From positions 13,265 to 77,264 of the IMG/VR virus record IMGVR_UViG_3300013125_000006: DNA of 64,000 nt. One strand, 5' to 3'. Each line of letters starts with the position of its first letter. Within the stretch, counting starts at the first letter, position 1. The notes below the pieces were generated by a model. That model had not been told where the DNA came from, made no database searches, and saw only the letters and a list, made by a program, of their open reading frames with translations. The DNA comes from a virus. Positions 28,601 through 39,294 of the stretch are shown piece by piece. The position numbers and the translations under genes were made by a program.

Positions 28601-30288
28601 ATGTATATGGTAGGCAAGATAGTAACTATATTGCAAAAGCAATTGAAAAACATACAGTAAATTATTTTGAATGGAACTTAGATACAATTGCACATAGAGT
28701 TGCATTTAATAAAATCAGAAAATTTACTATGGATAAAAAACTTCCTATTATAAATGCTTACATATGATGGATTAAATTTTTAGCTGGAAAAGAAAATGAA
28801 GATATATCAAATCAATTGGAGTATATCTCAAATCAGATGAGTCTGTCTATATATGATGAACCAATAATTGATGATGAATTTAAAGATTATGCAAAAGTAA
28901 CAGCAACTTTGAAAAGATTATCTACTGCAATGTTATTAGCCTTTAGACCTGCGTTATTTGTAAAGGAAATGACCATAGGATTATTTAAAGGAATGTCTTT
29001 AGCAGCTACTCAAATATATGGAAAAGATCAATTTACAGTGCAGGATTTAAGTTCAGCATATGCAAAACTATTAGCAATAGACCATAAATTCTCTGAAGAA
29101 TTTAATTTAATTGATAGACTAAATCACTATTACAGATTTGCGAATATGGATGTTAATACAATATCTAAAAAATTGCAAACTGATAGACATGGACTATTCA
29201 GAGGAGTTGGAAGATATATGTATATGTGTAATACAATTCCAGATTATTATAATAGGTTATCTATATTTTTAGCTAAAATGATTCATGATGGAAGTTATGA
29301 AGCACATAATTTAATTGATGGAAAATTTATATATGATGCTACTAAAGATAAGAGATTTGAATATTATCTTGCTAATAGAAAAAACCATATGAAGAATGGA
29401 AAATATATTGCTGCTCAAAGTGATAAAAAATACAATGAGCAAAGGCAGAGATATCTAATTCTCCAAGATCAATTAAATAAGGAATATAGCGGAGAAAGAG
29501 TGTTTACAGAATATGATGAAGAATTAGTTCCAAAAGCATATTCAGAAATAGAAAGAACAAGTTTAAAATCTTTCTCTGATATGGCTTATGGATATTATGA
29601 TAAAGATGCTCAATCACAAGCAAATAATACTTGGTGAGGAATGACATGATTACAGTTCATGCAATTCTGGCCAGGTAAAATGAAAATGTGATTTGCTACT
29701 CCATCAGAAGAAAGTCCAATGGGAAAAATTCAACACAAATATATAGTAGATAAAGATGGTACTAAAATATACCAATACCATAAAACAATAGAATCAGAAA
29801 ATGGAAATATATATACAGAAGAAACTGAGGAAGATACTGGTGATCCAGTATTAGAATGGGTGGGAACTCCTTATGAAGGATTATATTATTCTGTCGTAGG
29901 AACTTTAAAAGATATATTTACATTAAATTTTTCACACATAAAGAATTCAGAAGAAAGAAATAGAAGAGCTTTAATGGCACTTGCTGATGCTGGATTAATA
30001 TTTATGTTATTTAAATTTGTTCAAATACTACTTGATTCTTTTATAGAAGAAAATGGAACAGATGGAATATCTGGAAGTTTAGCTTCAATGTCTAGCTCCA
30101 TAAATAAGAAGGTAACAAATGAATATAATGTATATCAGAGTACACTTGGAGGAGTTAGTTCAGAGCCTGTATTTTTATCTTGAGGAAAGAAAACAGCTAG
30201 TGATGTATGATCTGCATTGAATGGGGATAAAGATATCACTGAGGTAATGACTAGAAATGTCGGTGCTGCAGAAGTATTCAAATGGTAA
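25684..30288 (+). CDS. Giant virion cargo protein (~1534 aa) with PD-(D/E)xK (RecB-like) nuclease domain; 11 in-frame TGA
   Basis: Single frame to TAA at 30286. Motifs GILLHDVI ... GKIDLIAVDSNGDPHIFEIKVS ... WQLALYRQLL (26175-26585, mostly missed by the ORF track). Hydrophobic C-terminal helix ALADAGLIFMLFKFVQILL. Confidence 0.83.
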
Positions 30289-30291
30289 TGT

Positions 30292-30335
30292 AAAAAAAAA
30301 TAGCCCTACTGCGCAATTGCGGTAGGGCTATTTTT
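30292..30335. terminator. Bidirectional intrinsic terminator at the convergence of the two gene blocks
   Basis: Inverted repeat aaaaatagccctac ... gtagggctattttt, flanked by A and T tracts, between convergent stop codons. Confidence 0.88.
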
Positions 30336-30981
30336 ATATTAAGGAATTTGCATAATATTCTCTTATTGGAGAATAAAGTTTCATCCTTTCAAAATGTGTT
30401 GCAAAACTTTTTGCTGCGTCTTTTGCAGTAGAAGTTTTAAGAAGTTCTTTTAATGCCTTATTTTCATAAGTTTGTAATTCCTCCCAAATAAAATCAAGTT
30501 GAATTTTTGGGTCTGAATAATCTGCACCATTATTTTTAGCAAATTGTATTAAATTATTAAATCTATTATTATGCCATTGAGCAAGTCCATAAGAAGTTTT
30601 ATTGTCTCCATAAACTGATGGATTAAAATTAGATTCTGCCTGTAAATTTCCAGCAATTCCTGCTGCTTGTTCTTTAGATAATCCCTTAGAAACAAAATAA
30701 TTTACTACATATTTCCCAAATTCATTTATAGGTATCTTAGTAGTATTAGATGATTTTTTTGGAATAGTAGGAATATTTAATCCAATAAAATTTATAGATT
30801 CTTTAGTTTCATCTGGAGGTTCTGGAATACTTTCAGATTTAGCTTCCTCAAATTGTAAAAAATTTGATATAGCTGGATTTTCAGGAGTTATATCATTATC
30901 TAGATAATATTTAACAATATCCTCTTTATCAGGATTAGGCGTAAGTTCAATTGGTTTAAAGGTTGCAAAATTTGATTCCAT
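30334..30981 (-). CDS. Phage tail-type lysozyme (Phage_lysozyme2-like) domain protein
   Basis: GLSKEQAAGIAGNLQAESNFNP, SYGLAQW, QLDFIWEEL and FATHFER. Start is probably the ATG at 30981 (MESNF), not 31062. Confidence 0.82.
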   Translation of the reverse strand: MESNFATFKPIELTPNPDKEDIVKYYLDNDITPENPAISNFLQFEEAKSESIPEPPDETKESINFIGLNIPTIPKKSSNTTKIPINEFGKYVVNYFVSKGLSKEQAAGIAGNLQAESNFNPSVYGDNKTSYGLAQWHNNRFNNLIQFAKNNGADYSDPKIQLDFIWEELQTYENKALKELLKTSTAKDAAKSFATHFERMKLYSPIREYYANSLI

Positions 30982-31000
30982 TTTATGTAATTTTAAAACG

Positions 31001-31008
31001 CAAAAATA
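31001..31008 (-). promoter_or_regulatory. Bacteroidetes-type -7 promoter element (TATTTTTG)
   Basis: Matches TAnnTTTG, 20 nt upstream of the lysozyme ATG and just after a terminator. Confidence 0.5.
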
Positions 31009-31043
31009 ATACAAATAAATTAAAATAATTGTATAATTAATGT

Positions 31044-31088
31044 AAAAAAAATTTGGGGACAAACGATTACTCGTAAGTCCCCAAATTT
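31044..31088 (-). terminator. Intrinsic terminator
   Basis: Stem aaatttggggac/gtccccaaattt followed by a T-run on the - strand. Confidence 0.75.
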
Positions 31089-31123
31089 AAAAATACAAAA
31101 AAAAAATAAACAAAACACAAAAA

Positions 31124-31384
31124 TTAATACACATAGGTATTAATAATTATTCCTTTCTTATCAAATGCAGTAAGAACAGTCAAATCAACTGAATTTGCTG
31201 CATCTATAAGAGCTCTTCTAAGATCAAAGATTCCATTATTAATTAGAGTCAAGATCCCATTTAATTCTTCAGCAGAAATATTTTTATTCTTTTTAAATAA
31301 AACGTAGTCTACTATGAATTTATTAACATCTTCTAATTCTACTTTCTTTGATGTAAGTATTTTTTTAATTAAATTCTTGTCCAT
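31124..31384 (-). CDS. Hypothetical protein
   Basis: 86-aa ORF in a tightly packed operon. Confidence 0.6.
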   Translation of the reverse strand: MDKNLIKKILTSKKVELEDVNKFIVDYVLFKKNKNISAEELNGILTLINNGIFDLRRALIDAANSVDLTVLTAFDKKGIIINTYVY

Positions 31385-31394
31385 TAAAAATATT

Positions 31395-31811
31395 CTAAAG
31401 TTCTATTTTAACGTACTTTTCATACATATTCATTATAACATCAATTCCAACCGATTTCTCGCGCTCAGAATCTCTTCTAATACATTCTTCAACTGGGGTA
31501 TCAAAATACTTCTCCGTGAAGGAAATACCTTTTATATCAGAAATCCTTTTCCAATATTTATAGTGAATTTTTGAAAAATTCGTATCATCAACAATAAGAG
31601 ATTTTCCAGTCCACAAAATTGCTAGACCCATTTCTCTTTCTATGTTTAATACCAGATCTTCAAAATCTCTAGAATATTTAGGATTGCCTAATAATATTCT
31701 TAAATCATCTTTATTTATTCTTACATAATTTGGATTATCTAAACAAAATTGCTTAGCCCAAGTTGTTTTTCCACTTCCAGGTAATCCAACACAAAAAATT
31801 ATTTCTTGCAT
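31395..31811 (-). CDS. Polynucleotide 5'-kinase domain protein (T4 PseT N-terminal/AAA_33-like)
   Basis: GLPGSGKTTWA, RINKDDLR, IVDDTN and ECIRRD. Confidence 0.85.
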   Translation of the reverse strand: MQEIIFCVGLPGSGKTTWAKQFCLDNPNYVRINKDDLRILLGNPKYSRDFEDLVLNIEREMGLAILWTGKSLIVDDTNFSKIHYKYWKRISDIKGISFTEKYFDTPVEECIRRDSEREKSVGIDVIMNMYEKYVKIEL

Positions 31812-32017
31812 ATCACAAAATGTTCTATTATCATGTCTCCTTTATTAGGGCCAAAATAAGCTATTTCTCCTTTAATATAATCAACTAAAATAGCTTTATA
31901 AATTTTGCCTCTTTTAAATTTACCAAAATTTTCTAAGAATTTGCATCCATAATATACAAAAATATGATTTGTATTATTTGAAATTAATTCTTCATATGTT
32001 ATAGGAAGGATGTTCAT
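31799..32017 (-). CDS. Hypothetical protein
   Basis: 72-aa ORF overlapping both neighbours. Confidence 0.55.
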   Translation of the reverse strand: MNILPITYEELISNNTNHIFVYYGCKFLENFGKFKRGKIYKAILVDYIKGEIAYFGPNKGDMIIEHFVICKK

Positions 32018-32819
32018 TAGATATAATATTTAATAATTCATAAGTCTTTCCTAGTAAATCCTCCATAGAACCATTATTTATAATATCATAATCAAATTTA
32101 TAGTTATTCAGCTCATTTTCAGAAATATGTTTACTAGAAAAATTTTCAGGGACATCAGTCCTAATTATCTTGATTATAATGCCTTCAACTCTTTTAATAG
32201 CCTGCACTTCATTTTTAAATCTAACATCAGTTATAATCCAATCTGGGGAAATATCTTCATAATCTGGAGATTCTACTCCTCCTTCATAGAAAATTGGATT
32301 ATTATAAGCATATTTATTCATTAGAGCATTTACCCAAATATCTGGATGTATGACATTTCTCATTGCATTAGTGCCAATTTCCTGCAAAAAAGATCTGATT
32401 GTAGGAAATTCAGCACGAATAGCTCCATCAGTAATATAATTATGGGCGTAATCCGCATCTTCAATTGAGGAAAAAATAAATTTTTTAAAATACAAATTAT
32501 GGTCTGCATCTGTGTATTGTCTTTCAAAATAATATCTGTACCAGCTAGGATTCAAAAATTTAGCCTTAACTTCTGGAAGTTCTAAGTCCTCTATAGAAAT
32601 ATTAAATATTATAGAGCATACCTGTTTCAATGCATAGGCAAATTTTTTAATAGCCCACCCACATTTTAAATCATGTCCATTATTTATATAACTATTGAAA
32701 TCTTCTAAAGAAGATGGATTAGTATATCCATTTCTTTTTCTATCAATATGATATTGAAACATTTTACCTACAGTATCCTTTCCAGATCCTATTTTTCCAT
32801 GTATTCCTATTATTGCCAT
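31992..32819 (-). CDS. Deoxynucleoside monophosphate kinase (T4 gp1-like)
   Basis: GKIGSGKDT, FAYALK, LQEIGT, ITDVRFKNE and HISE. Ends in a TGA that appears to act as a stop. Confidence 0.88.
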   Translation of the reverse strand: MAIIGIHGKIGSGKDTVGKMFQYHIDRKRNGYTNPSSLEDFNSYINNGHDLKCGWAIKKFAYALKQVCSIIFNISIEDLELPEVKAKFLNPSWYRYYFERQYTDADHNLYFKKFIFSSIEDADYAHNYITDGAIRAEFPTIRSFLQEIGTNAMRNVIHPDIWVNALMNKYAYNNPIFYEGGVESPDYEDISPDWIITDVRFKNEVQAIKRVEGIIIKIIRTDVPENFSSKHISENELNNYKFDYDIINNGSMEDLLGKTYELLNIISNEHPSYNI

Positions 32820-32848
32820 ATTAATAAATATTAACTGAAAGATTATTA

Positions 32849-33022
32849 CTATACATATAATAGCAGGCAGTTAGAAGGATTAAAGTAAACAGAATATTCT
32901 TTATTTATATATTCATATAATTCGTATTCATCCATATCAATTATAATATTTTTATCTATACTGAATATACTTACATTTTCATTCTCATAATCTAAGATTA
33001 CAACTTTAAATCTATTCTCCAT
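32849..33022 (-). CDS. Small hypothetical protein (~57 aa)
   Basis: MENRFKVVILDY... fills the gap between two genes; below the size cutoff of the ORF track. Confidence 0.4.
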   Translation of the reverse strand: MENRFKVVILDYENENVSIFSIDKNIIIDMDEYELYEYINKEYSVYFNPSNCLLLYV

Positions 33023-33197
33023 ATTTTATCCTTTCCTCACATTCATCACAATATTGTGCAGGGATCTTTATATTACCTTTAGATGCTTCAATTTCTTCTG
33101 GAGTAAAAAACTCTTCTTCCTTAATTACTATATTACATTTAGAGCATATCAATACTCTAACATTTTTTATAGATTTAAATTTAGCTTTGTGCTTCAC
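33012..33197 (-). CDS. Small Cys-rich (Zn-binding) hypothetical protein
   Basis: CSKC ... CDEC. Confidence 0.55.
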   Translation of the reverse strand: MKHKAKFKSIKNVRVLICSKCNIVIKEEEFFTPEEIEASKGNIKIPAQYCDECEERIKYGE

Positions 33198-33495
33198 TTT
33201 TTTCTAATTGAAATTTTAGATTTAATATTGATTCATATGTAGACATCCCACCTTCAAATGGATATTTATTTTTCCATTCATTTTCTATATATGTTTTTTC
33301 TGAAGAATTAGTTGGTAGCATAGTAGCAAGCCTTTCAGATTCAACAATAATATAATCAATTACATCTTCATAATATCTTTTTTCTGGAATAAAAAAAGCA
33401 CTAGATTCAGAAGATAATATAGCCTCTTTTTCAAACCAATCTTCTTCCATATAAGCCTGAACCTCAGGCCATTCAATCAAAATATATTTTTCCAT
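33181..33495 (-). CDS. Hypothetical protein
   Basis: 104-aa ORF with operon packing. Confidence 0.6.
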   Translation of the reverse strand: MEKYILIEWPEVQAYMEEDWFEKEAILSSESSAFFIPEKRYYEDVIDYIIVESERLATMLPTNSSEKTYIENEWKNKYPFEGGMSTYESILNLKFQLEKSEAQS

Positions 33496-33581
33496 AATTA
33501 TTTAATAATTTTTAAAAGGTACTCCTCCAAAAGTTCTGATAAACAAGTTCCCCCATTATAAAAACTGATATTCTGTGTAAC

Positions 33582-33801
33582 TCATAATTCCATTAAAAAT
33601 TTATATAACTCATAATTCCATCTAGCATCTGCAAGAGCATTATGTTCATTAATTTGTTTTGGGTAATTAGTGGTACTCTTAATAGTTTCTACCATCTGTA
33701 ATTAGATCTACTTTTTCTGATGCAAGGAATAGATCCAATTTATCTAATTTTTCTTCTAATTCGACTTGTTCGTCAATTAGTCTCCTTTTAAAATCACTCA
33801 T
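33582..33801 (-). pseudogene. Deletion remnant: N-terminus of a small coiled-coil gene abutting the C-terminus of an Rv2179c-like DEDD 3'-5' exonuclease
   Basis: MSDFKRRLIDEQVELEEKLDKLDLFL stops after 40 aa (33679). A different frame gives YPKQINEHNALADARWNYELYKFL with no start codon. Confidence 0.55.
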
Positions 33802-34901
33802 TATTTTTCTTTATTTTCTAAAAAGAATCTGTATTGAACAAATCCTCTTAAATTATTACACCAACCATAACGATTTCCGTTATTAGGATTTTCTCCAATT
33901 AATTCTTCTTCAAACATTTTTTTATGAACTATAGGATAGTTTTCATAGTTTACTATTCCCCACTGATCTAGTGTTGTTGGATATTTACCTTTAATAAAAG
34001 AATAATATTCTAATTCAGTCATACATTTAGCTACATGCTCAAATGGAGACATATGTTTATTCTTTAGCAGAGTGTGAAATAGTTCAATGTCTTTCTTATA
34101 ATTTATTTCGTCGTCAAAAGTCATATAAGATAAACGAGCACATCTAGCAACAGCTACTGCTACTTTCAGTTCATCTATATCATAACAATTATCAAGTTCA
34201 ACAATATCATAATCATGTAAAGCATTACTATCCATTTGATCTCCAAATGGTATATGCCATTCACCAGCTTGAAGTATCTGTGGAGTAGACTCATTACGAG
34301 CATCCCACATAGCTTCTGCTAATGCTTGAATATGAATTTCTGCTTGAGATTTATTAATACTTCTAAAACCTTCTTCAGATAATACACCAGCTAAACCATG
34401 AGTATTAAGATAATCTTTTTTACTTTTAAAGACATTTTCTTGATTATCTGTATATTTAGGACACCTTAATTCAAAAAAGTTTTCCCACTCTGTAGCCGTT
34501 ACTAAAGTAGTATGCCACATAAAAGGCTCTAATAATCTATTACAGAGTTGTTTGGTAACAAATTCTTCTTTATTGAGAATTTTAGCGGCTCTTACAGCGT
34601 CTTTTCTTGCGTATAACCATTCCTCTTTTGCAACATCAACCATAGTTTCATCAAGATATTCAACTCCTTGCATACCTTTATGATCTTTTTGCCAAGCTAT
34701 TGGTATAAAAGGGTCTTCTTCAACCATTTTAACCATTTTCTCAAATGGTATAGCCCTACTACTTGCAGAGTTTCTAGAAAATAATCTATGAGTCATTACT
34801 TCTCCATGAATGAATCTAGGATAAGTCAATAAAAACGTAGTTATCCTATGTCCTTGAGGTGAGATACTGTCTGCTACAATTTTAGCTTCTATTTTTTTCA
34901 T
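33801..34901 (-). CDS. thyX: FAD-dependent thymidylate synthase
   Basis: THRLFSRNSASSRA motif, KQLCNRLLEP, LRC and HMSPFEH. Confidence 0.88.
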   Translation of the reverse strand: MKKIEAKIVADSISPQGHRITTFLLTYPRFIHGEVMTHRLFSRNSASSRAIPFEKMVKMVEEDPFIPIAWQKDHKGMQGVEYLDETMVDVAKEEWLYARKDAVRAAKILNKEEFVTKQLCNRLLEPFMWHTTLVTATEWENFFELRCPKYTDNQENVFKSKKDYLNTHGLAGVLSEEGFRSINKSQAEIHIQALAEAMWDARNESTPQILQAGEWHIPFGDQMDSNALHDYDIVELDNCYDIDELKVAVAVARCARLSYMTFDDEINYKKDIELFHTLLKNKHMSPFEHVAKCMTELEYYSFIKGKYPTTLDQWGIVNYENYPIVHKKMFEEELIGENPNNGNRYGWCNNLRGFVQYRFFLENKEK

Positions 34902-34912
34902 TATAATAAAAA

Positions 34913-35161
34913 TTAAGAAATATCTTCACTCATATTATTGATGGGATTTGTTAAATCATTTTTAACACTTCCAATAAAAGGATTGTACGTTCTTCTAAAT
35001 CCAAATAATTTATTAATATCATTTTCATGATATAATATTTCACTAGATAGATAATATAATTTTCCCTTTAAATAATTTTTAATATATTTATTTTGTAGAA
35101 TAAGATGCTCTCTATATTCTTCAAAAGACATATTTTCTGATCTCTTAGTTATTATCTCCAT
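34913..35161 (-). CDS. Hypothetical protein
   Basis: 82-aa ORF. Confidence 0.55.
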   Translation of the reverse strand: MEIITKRSENMSFEEYREHLILQNKYIKNYLKGKLYYLSSEILYHENDINKLFGFRRTYNPFIGSVKNDLTNPINNMSEDIS

Positions 35162-35372
35162 CTAAAATCTCTATTTTAAATTTATCAGAATCAAATTCAT
35201 AAAAAATCTCTTCAATAGCATCACTGTCTGTTAAAGCTTTGATTATTAGTTCTTTTGAACAACTTTCTAAACTAGTAACTTCATCTAAATAATTGTAATT
35301 TAAGTACTCATTTACAATTTCTAATATAATTGAATCAGAAATATTAGTTTCACTTGTATACTTTATTTTCAT
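35145..35372 (-). CDS. Hypothetical acidic protein
   Basis: 75-aa ORF. Confidence 0.55.
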   Translation of the reverse strand: MKIKYTSETNISDSIILEIVNEYLNYNYLDEVTSLESCSKELIIKALTDSDAIEEIFYEFDSDKFKIEILDGDNN

Positions 35373-35799
35373 AATTTGTTTACTTTAAATTATGTTTAAT
35401 TTTTAACTTTTCTTTATCTGCATTTGTTATAGTAGTTTTATTTCTGCCTATATGCCAAAAGCCACATTTACTACATTTATATGCTATTCTTTTATGAATG
35501 GTCTCAGGTTTAATATTATAAAGAATAGCTGCATGAATTGCAGCTTTATCAGTTTCATATTTTACCTTATTTTATAAAACACTTCGCCAGAATTAACATC
35601 TTTATGAAAAAATGTTTTACATTCAAAAGCACCTGTTTCTATATCAGATGAATAACATTTAAAAGTATATTTCTTAGAATCGGAGGTTAAAATCAGAGAC
35701 CCATTTATTATTTCTGCATGATTAATTGAATCAATACTTCCAGGAAGAATTGATATAATTTAAAAAAGTGTTTTTATCCATAAAAGAATCATTTAAATT

Positions 35800-38411
35800 T
35801 TAATTTTCAGATTCGATATCTTCAACTCCTTCGTCAAGAAGTTTAGTTTCTCTTTCATAAAATCTGTTAGATTTTTGTTTATATGCCTCAAAATCAAGTC
35901 TCTCAATTCTTAGAACTATACCTTCCTCAGGAACTTTATTTTTACACATAAAACAATCCCTTTCATTATAAGTTTGTTTTATTTCTGTTAAGAACTCTTC
36001 ATTCCATTTTTGATCAGGAAAATTATGAGGCTCTTCTGCTAAATGATAGATGTAAGTAAAGCAGTCTTTAGCGAAACCATAATATAATTCAGGAACAGCA
36101 TTTAATCCATTCTTTTTACAGAAATCTTGTACTTGTTTAGCACTAAATTCTATAACTTTACCATCCACATTTGTAGAAGTAATACGATAGATATAAATAG
36201 CATGTTTATTAGCTTCACAACCATAGTCATAATCCTTTTGAATAGCTCCTCCGTTAGGTAAAAATCCAACAATCTCATAATACAGAGTCATTCCTTTTGT
36301 AAGAAATGGTTCTAATTCTTTATGAGCAATTCCCCAAATATCTTCTCCATAATAATGTTGAGCATTTGGATTGAGTTCTTCGTTCTTTATAACCTTGCGA
36401 CTTGAGTATAGATAATCGTAATTTTCAGTTCTTATATTTACTTTAAATTTCGATAATAATTTTTCAAACCAATTAAGTTTTCTCTTACATAAAACATAGG
36501 AAGAAATTCCACTCGTACCATGAAGTTTAAAGCTGATTTGAATTAAATCAGTTGGATTAATTCGATGTAAGTTTTTGTAAAGCATACTTGTCAGTATTGT
36601 TATCATAAAGGCTTTTTATCCTTTATTTCTAGGAATTTCTTCCTTACTATAGATTGCTTCAGATCTATAGATATTCTGATTTATTCATCAGATAGCTCAG
36701 CGTACATTTTCACCTACGACTTTACGTTTAGGTGTTGGATACTCTTGGAGGAATTATATTCTATTTCTAGATTCATCCTCTACGCGTTACACTACTTAAC
36801 TTTATTAAAGGTTAAGTTAGTTCGGTATTTCCAATATTTCTTTAAATTTATTATATTTTCTATTCATAAAAATTGTAGAATTTTTATATAAAAGATTAAA
36901 AATAGATTCAATTTCAGATTTTTGATGTATAGATATAGTTAAACAATTTTTATCAATTCTTTTACTTATAGTAAAATTAAATTTTTCTAAAAAGTTTGAA
37001 ATTTCTAATAATATACTATGATCTAAACTAATAATACTAAAATTATAATTAATATAATTATAAATTTTTTCTTCATCTTGTTTAGCAACATGTTTTTTAG
37101 ATACTTTACTATATCCTATATGTCCATCTCCATCAAAATAGCCTCTGATAAAATGAAACATTAGTTCTTCTGGAACAATATTAATTATAGATTTAGTTAA
37201 ATAAGTCTTATTTTCACCTAAACCAAAATCACATAAAGTGTTAACTATATCTTTAGAAGATATACTTAATTTACACATTGTATTAGTTTTTATTCCATAA
37301 TTATTAATCCTTTCATCAGAAAAATTTATATTCGCATTAGGAGATAATATATCTCGAATTTTTTCAAGAATATCTATATCTAATGTAGATATTCCTATAC
37401 TAAATTTATAACCTTGATGAGAATCACCTTTATATACACTACCATCAGCAATGTAAAAACCTAAAATATAAGCTTTTTCTTCTGAATCTATTTTATTAAA
37501 AAAATCATGTTTAATTGATTCTTTGACTATATTTAATCTTCTTTTTATTCCAAATTTATTAAAATATTTATACATTGTAGGTACAGATACTTGATAAATT
37601 TCACACAATTCTTTGAATTTTAATTCTCCGGAATAATATTTTTCTATTAATTCAGGATCAAATGATTTAATTTTTTCTTTTGCCATTTTTATATATTTTA
37701 TAAGTAATATACAAATATACTATATAAAAATCAATAAAAATATTAAATCATAAAATATTTTAAATATTAAAGCAAACTTAGGATTCACCGAGTTTACCCA
37801 ATAAAACTTTCTACATTTCTGTAAAAATCGACACACAATGTATCTTCATGAAATCTAAATTGATTTTCTATCAATTTACTTTCATATTTCTTCGCTCTCT
37901 TATTACCTTTACCACTTCCAGGAAGTCCAGGAGTTTTAGATTTTTTGATTACATATTTTCTACAAATCTCAATCCCATTAAGTTCATCGAAAGTATCACC
38001 AATATTAATATTGACTTCTTTTGGATACCATAATCCTGTTTTAGATGGATTGAAAGTATCTGGGAAAATATAAGCTAAACAACCTATAGGCATAAATAAT
38101 CCTTCAGATTTATGACCTCTAAATTTTACGCATCTTATTCTTCCATTTTCTTCAAAATAACCTTTCTTAGTATTGTCAGCATTTAATTCTGGTTTTCTAT
38201 AAAGATTATTTGCCTTTAAGAAAGACTCAGTTAACTGAGTTTCTAAAGGAAAGTATAATCCTATATCACCCTCTTTCGTACTTCTATCTACTATTACTTG
38301 GTTACCCATAATAATAGCAGCTTGTACAAAGTCACAGCCCGCTAATGGCACTAAAGTCTTAATCTCTACAACTACAGCTGCGTAATTATCATTTTTTGGC
38401 TTGTTTAACAT
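35800..38411 (-). CDS. RNA ligase (Rnl2/DRB0094-like with N-terminal OB domain). Exons 38411-37842 and 36591-35800
   Basis: Splicing gives FRFHED|TSMLYKNL. Motifs: KLHGTS (motif I), YYEIVG, EEGIVLR and KQKS. Confidence 0.85.
36592..37841 (-). mobile_element. Group I intron in the RNA ligase gene
   Basis: P1 gat|aca-ttg-tgtgtc with a U.G pair. 3' end ...gataaaaagcctttatgataacaatactG. Frame is restored on removal. Confidence 0.85.
36817..37686 (-). CDS. Intron-encoded LAGLIDADG homing endonuclease
   Basis: AYILGFYIADG and FIRGYFDGDG, with an N-terminal HTH-like segment. Confidence 0.9.
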   Translation of the reverse strand: MAKEKIKSFDPELIEKYYSGELKFKELCEIYQVSVPTMYKYFNKFGIKRRLNIVKESIKHDFFNKIDSEEKAYILGFYIADGSVYKGDSHQGYKFSIGISTLDIDILEKIRDILSPNANINFSDERINNYGIKTNTMCKLSISSKDIVNTLCDFGLGENKTYLTKSIINIVPEELMFHFIRGYFDGDGHIGYSKVSKKHVAKQDEEKIYNYINYNFSIISLDHSILLEISNFLEKFNFTISKRIDKNCLTISIHQKSEIESIFNLLYKNSTIFMNRKYNKFKEILEIPN

Positions 38412-38491
38412 TTTATTAATTTTAATCTTGTTCTTCTAATCTATTTTCTATTAACCCAGCTACAAATCTTAAATCTAGTAGACCATAAGTT

Positions 38492-38683
38492 TCACCAAAT
38501 GATTTTAATAGGTTCAGTGCCATTATACTTAGAAATAAATTCTTCAACTTTTGATTCATCAAAAATATATAATAGTATTCCACGATGGCCAGCTCCTAGT
38601 GTTTCTACTGAAAAGTTTAAATTACAATCTTTAAGCCAATCTTTTACATAGTCTTTATTATTCCAAAATTTCGTCTTTTCCAT
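38492..38683 (-). CDS. Hypothetical protein
   Basis: Probable start at MEKTKFW (38683) inside ORF 38492..38758; ends in TGA. Confidence 0.45.
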   Translation of the reverse strand: MEKTKFWNNKDYVKDWLKDCNLNFSVETLGAGHRGILLYIFDESKVEEFISKYNGTEPIKIIW

Positions 38684-39290
38684 AATATAATAAAGTTGTA
38701 CCAGACTTATGAATATCAGTAGGTTGTTTACATTGAAAAGGCTCAAATTCTTTAACATTAAAAGGGATAGTAATTAAATGGCAGCCATTTATAGTTTTAA
38801 TTATGTCTATAACATTGGCACCAATCTTTTCTGTTTTAGTATTTAATTTAGAAGAACATAATTCTATATGATGAATAACATTCTCTATTATATGAGCATC
38901 TTCAGTATCAATATCTACTATCCATAATTTCTCTGCATCTGTAGAAGTCTGTCCACAAGCAGAATTATATACACTAGAAACTGATTGATATGTTTCACTT
39001 ATCAAACAATCTGTTACTTTCTTAAGTGTAAGAAAAGCAACTTTTTTAAAACTTTTTCTATTTAAATCTATATATGCTCTAGCATTATAGAATTTACAAA
39101 GTTTTTGTATGCTTGAAAATCTTTCTTCCAATTGTTCATAAGATGTAGTATAATAGGTTTTAATTATTCTATCACAAACTGGCAAGTCAGGATTTTCTTT
39201 TCTTCTTTGAATTATTTGAAGAAAATAAAATTCATCTGAATTATTAATTCTTATATATGGAGAAAGTGATTTCAAATTATTAATTTCCAT
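38658..39290 (-). CDS. Conserved phage hypothetical protein
   Basis: FYFLQIIQRRKENP, WIVDID and TINGCHLIT; the DxD plus His pattern could indicate an AEP-like fold. Confidence 0.65.
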   Translation of the reverse strand: MEINNLKSLSPYIRINNSDEFYFLQIIQRRKENPDLPVCDRIIKTYYTTSYEQLEERFSSIQKLCKFYNARAYIDLNRKSFKKVAFLTLKKVTDCLISETYQSVSSVYNSACGQTSTDAEKLWIVDIDTEDAHIIENVIHHIELCSSKLNTKTEKIGANVIDIIKTINGCHLITIPFNVKEFEPFQCKQPTDIHKSGTTLLYYGKDEILE

Positions 39291-39294
39291 TTCT

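Noticed and set aside
1138-30288. Reading the roughly 30 separate + strand ORFs as individual genes or pseudogene fragments
   Set aside because: All breaks are in-frame TGAs with open linkers, there are no frameshifts or TAA/TAG, and catalytic motifs span the breaks.
3061-30288. TGA decoded as Cys or Sec rather than Trp (which would undermine the terminal-Cys pattern)
   Set aside because: Contexts match typical Trp positions (YKGSY*SY, KHL*NTL, FILN*LKE, I*ISAP), and no SECIS-like hairpins were seen after the TGAs. Not formally excluded without alignments.
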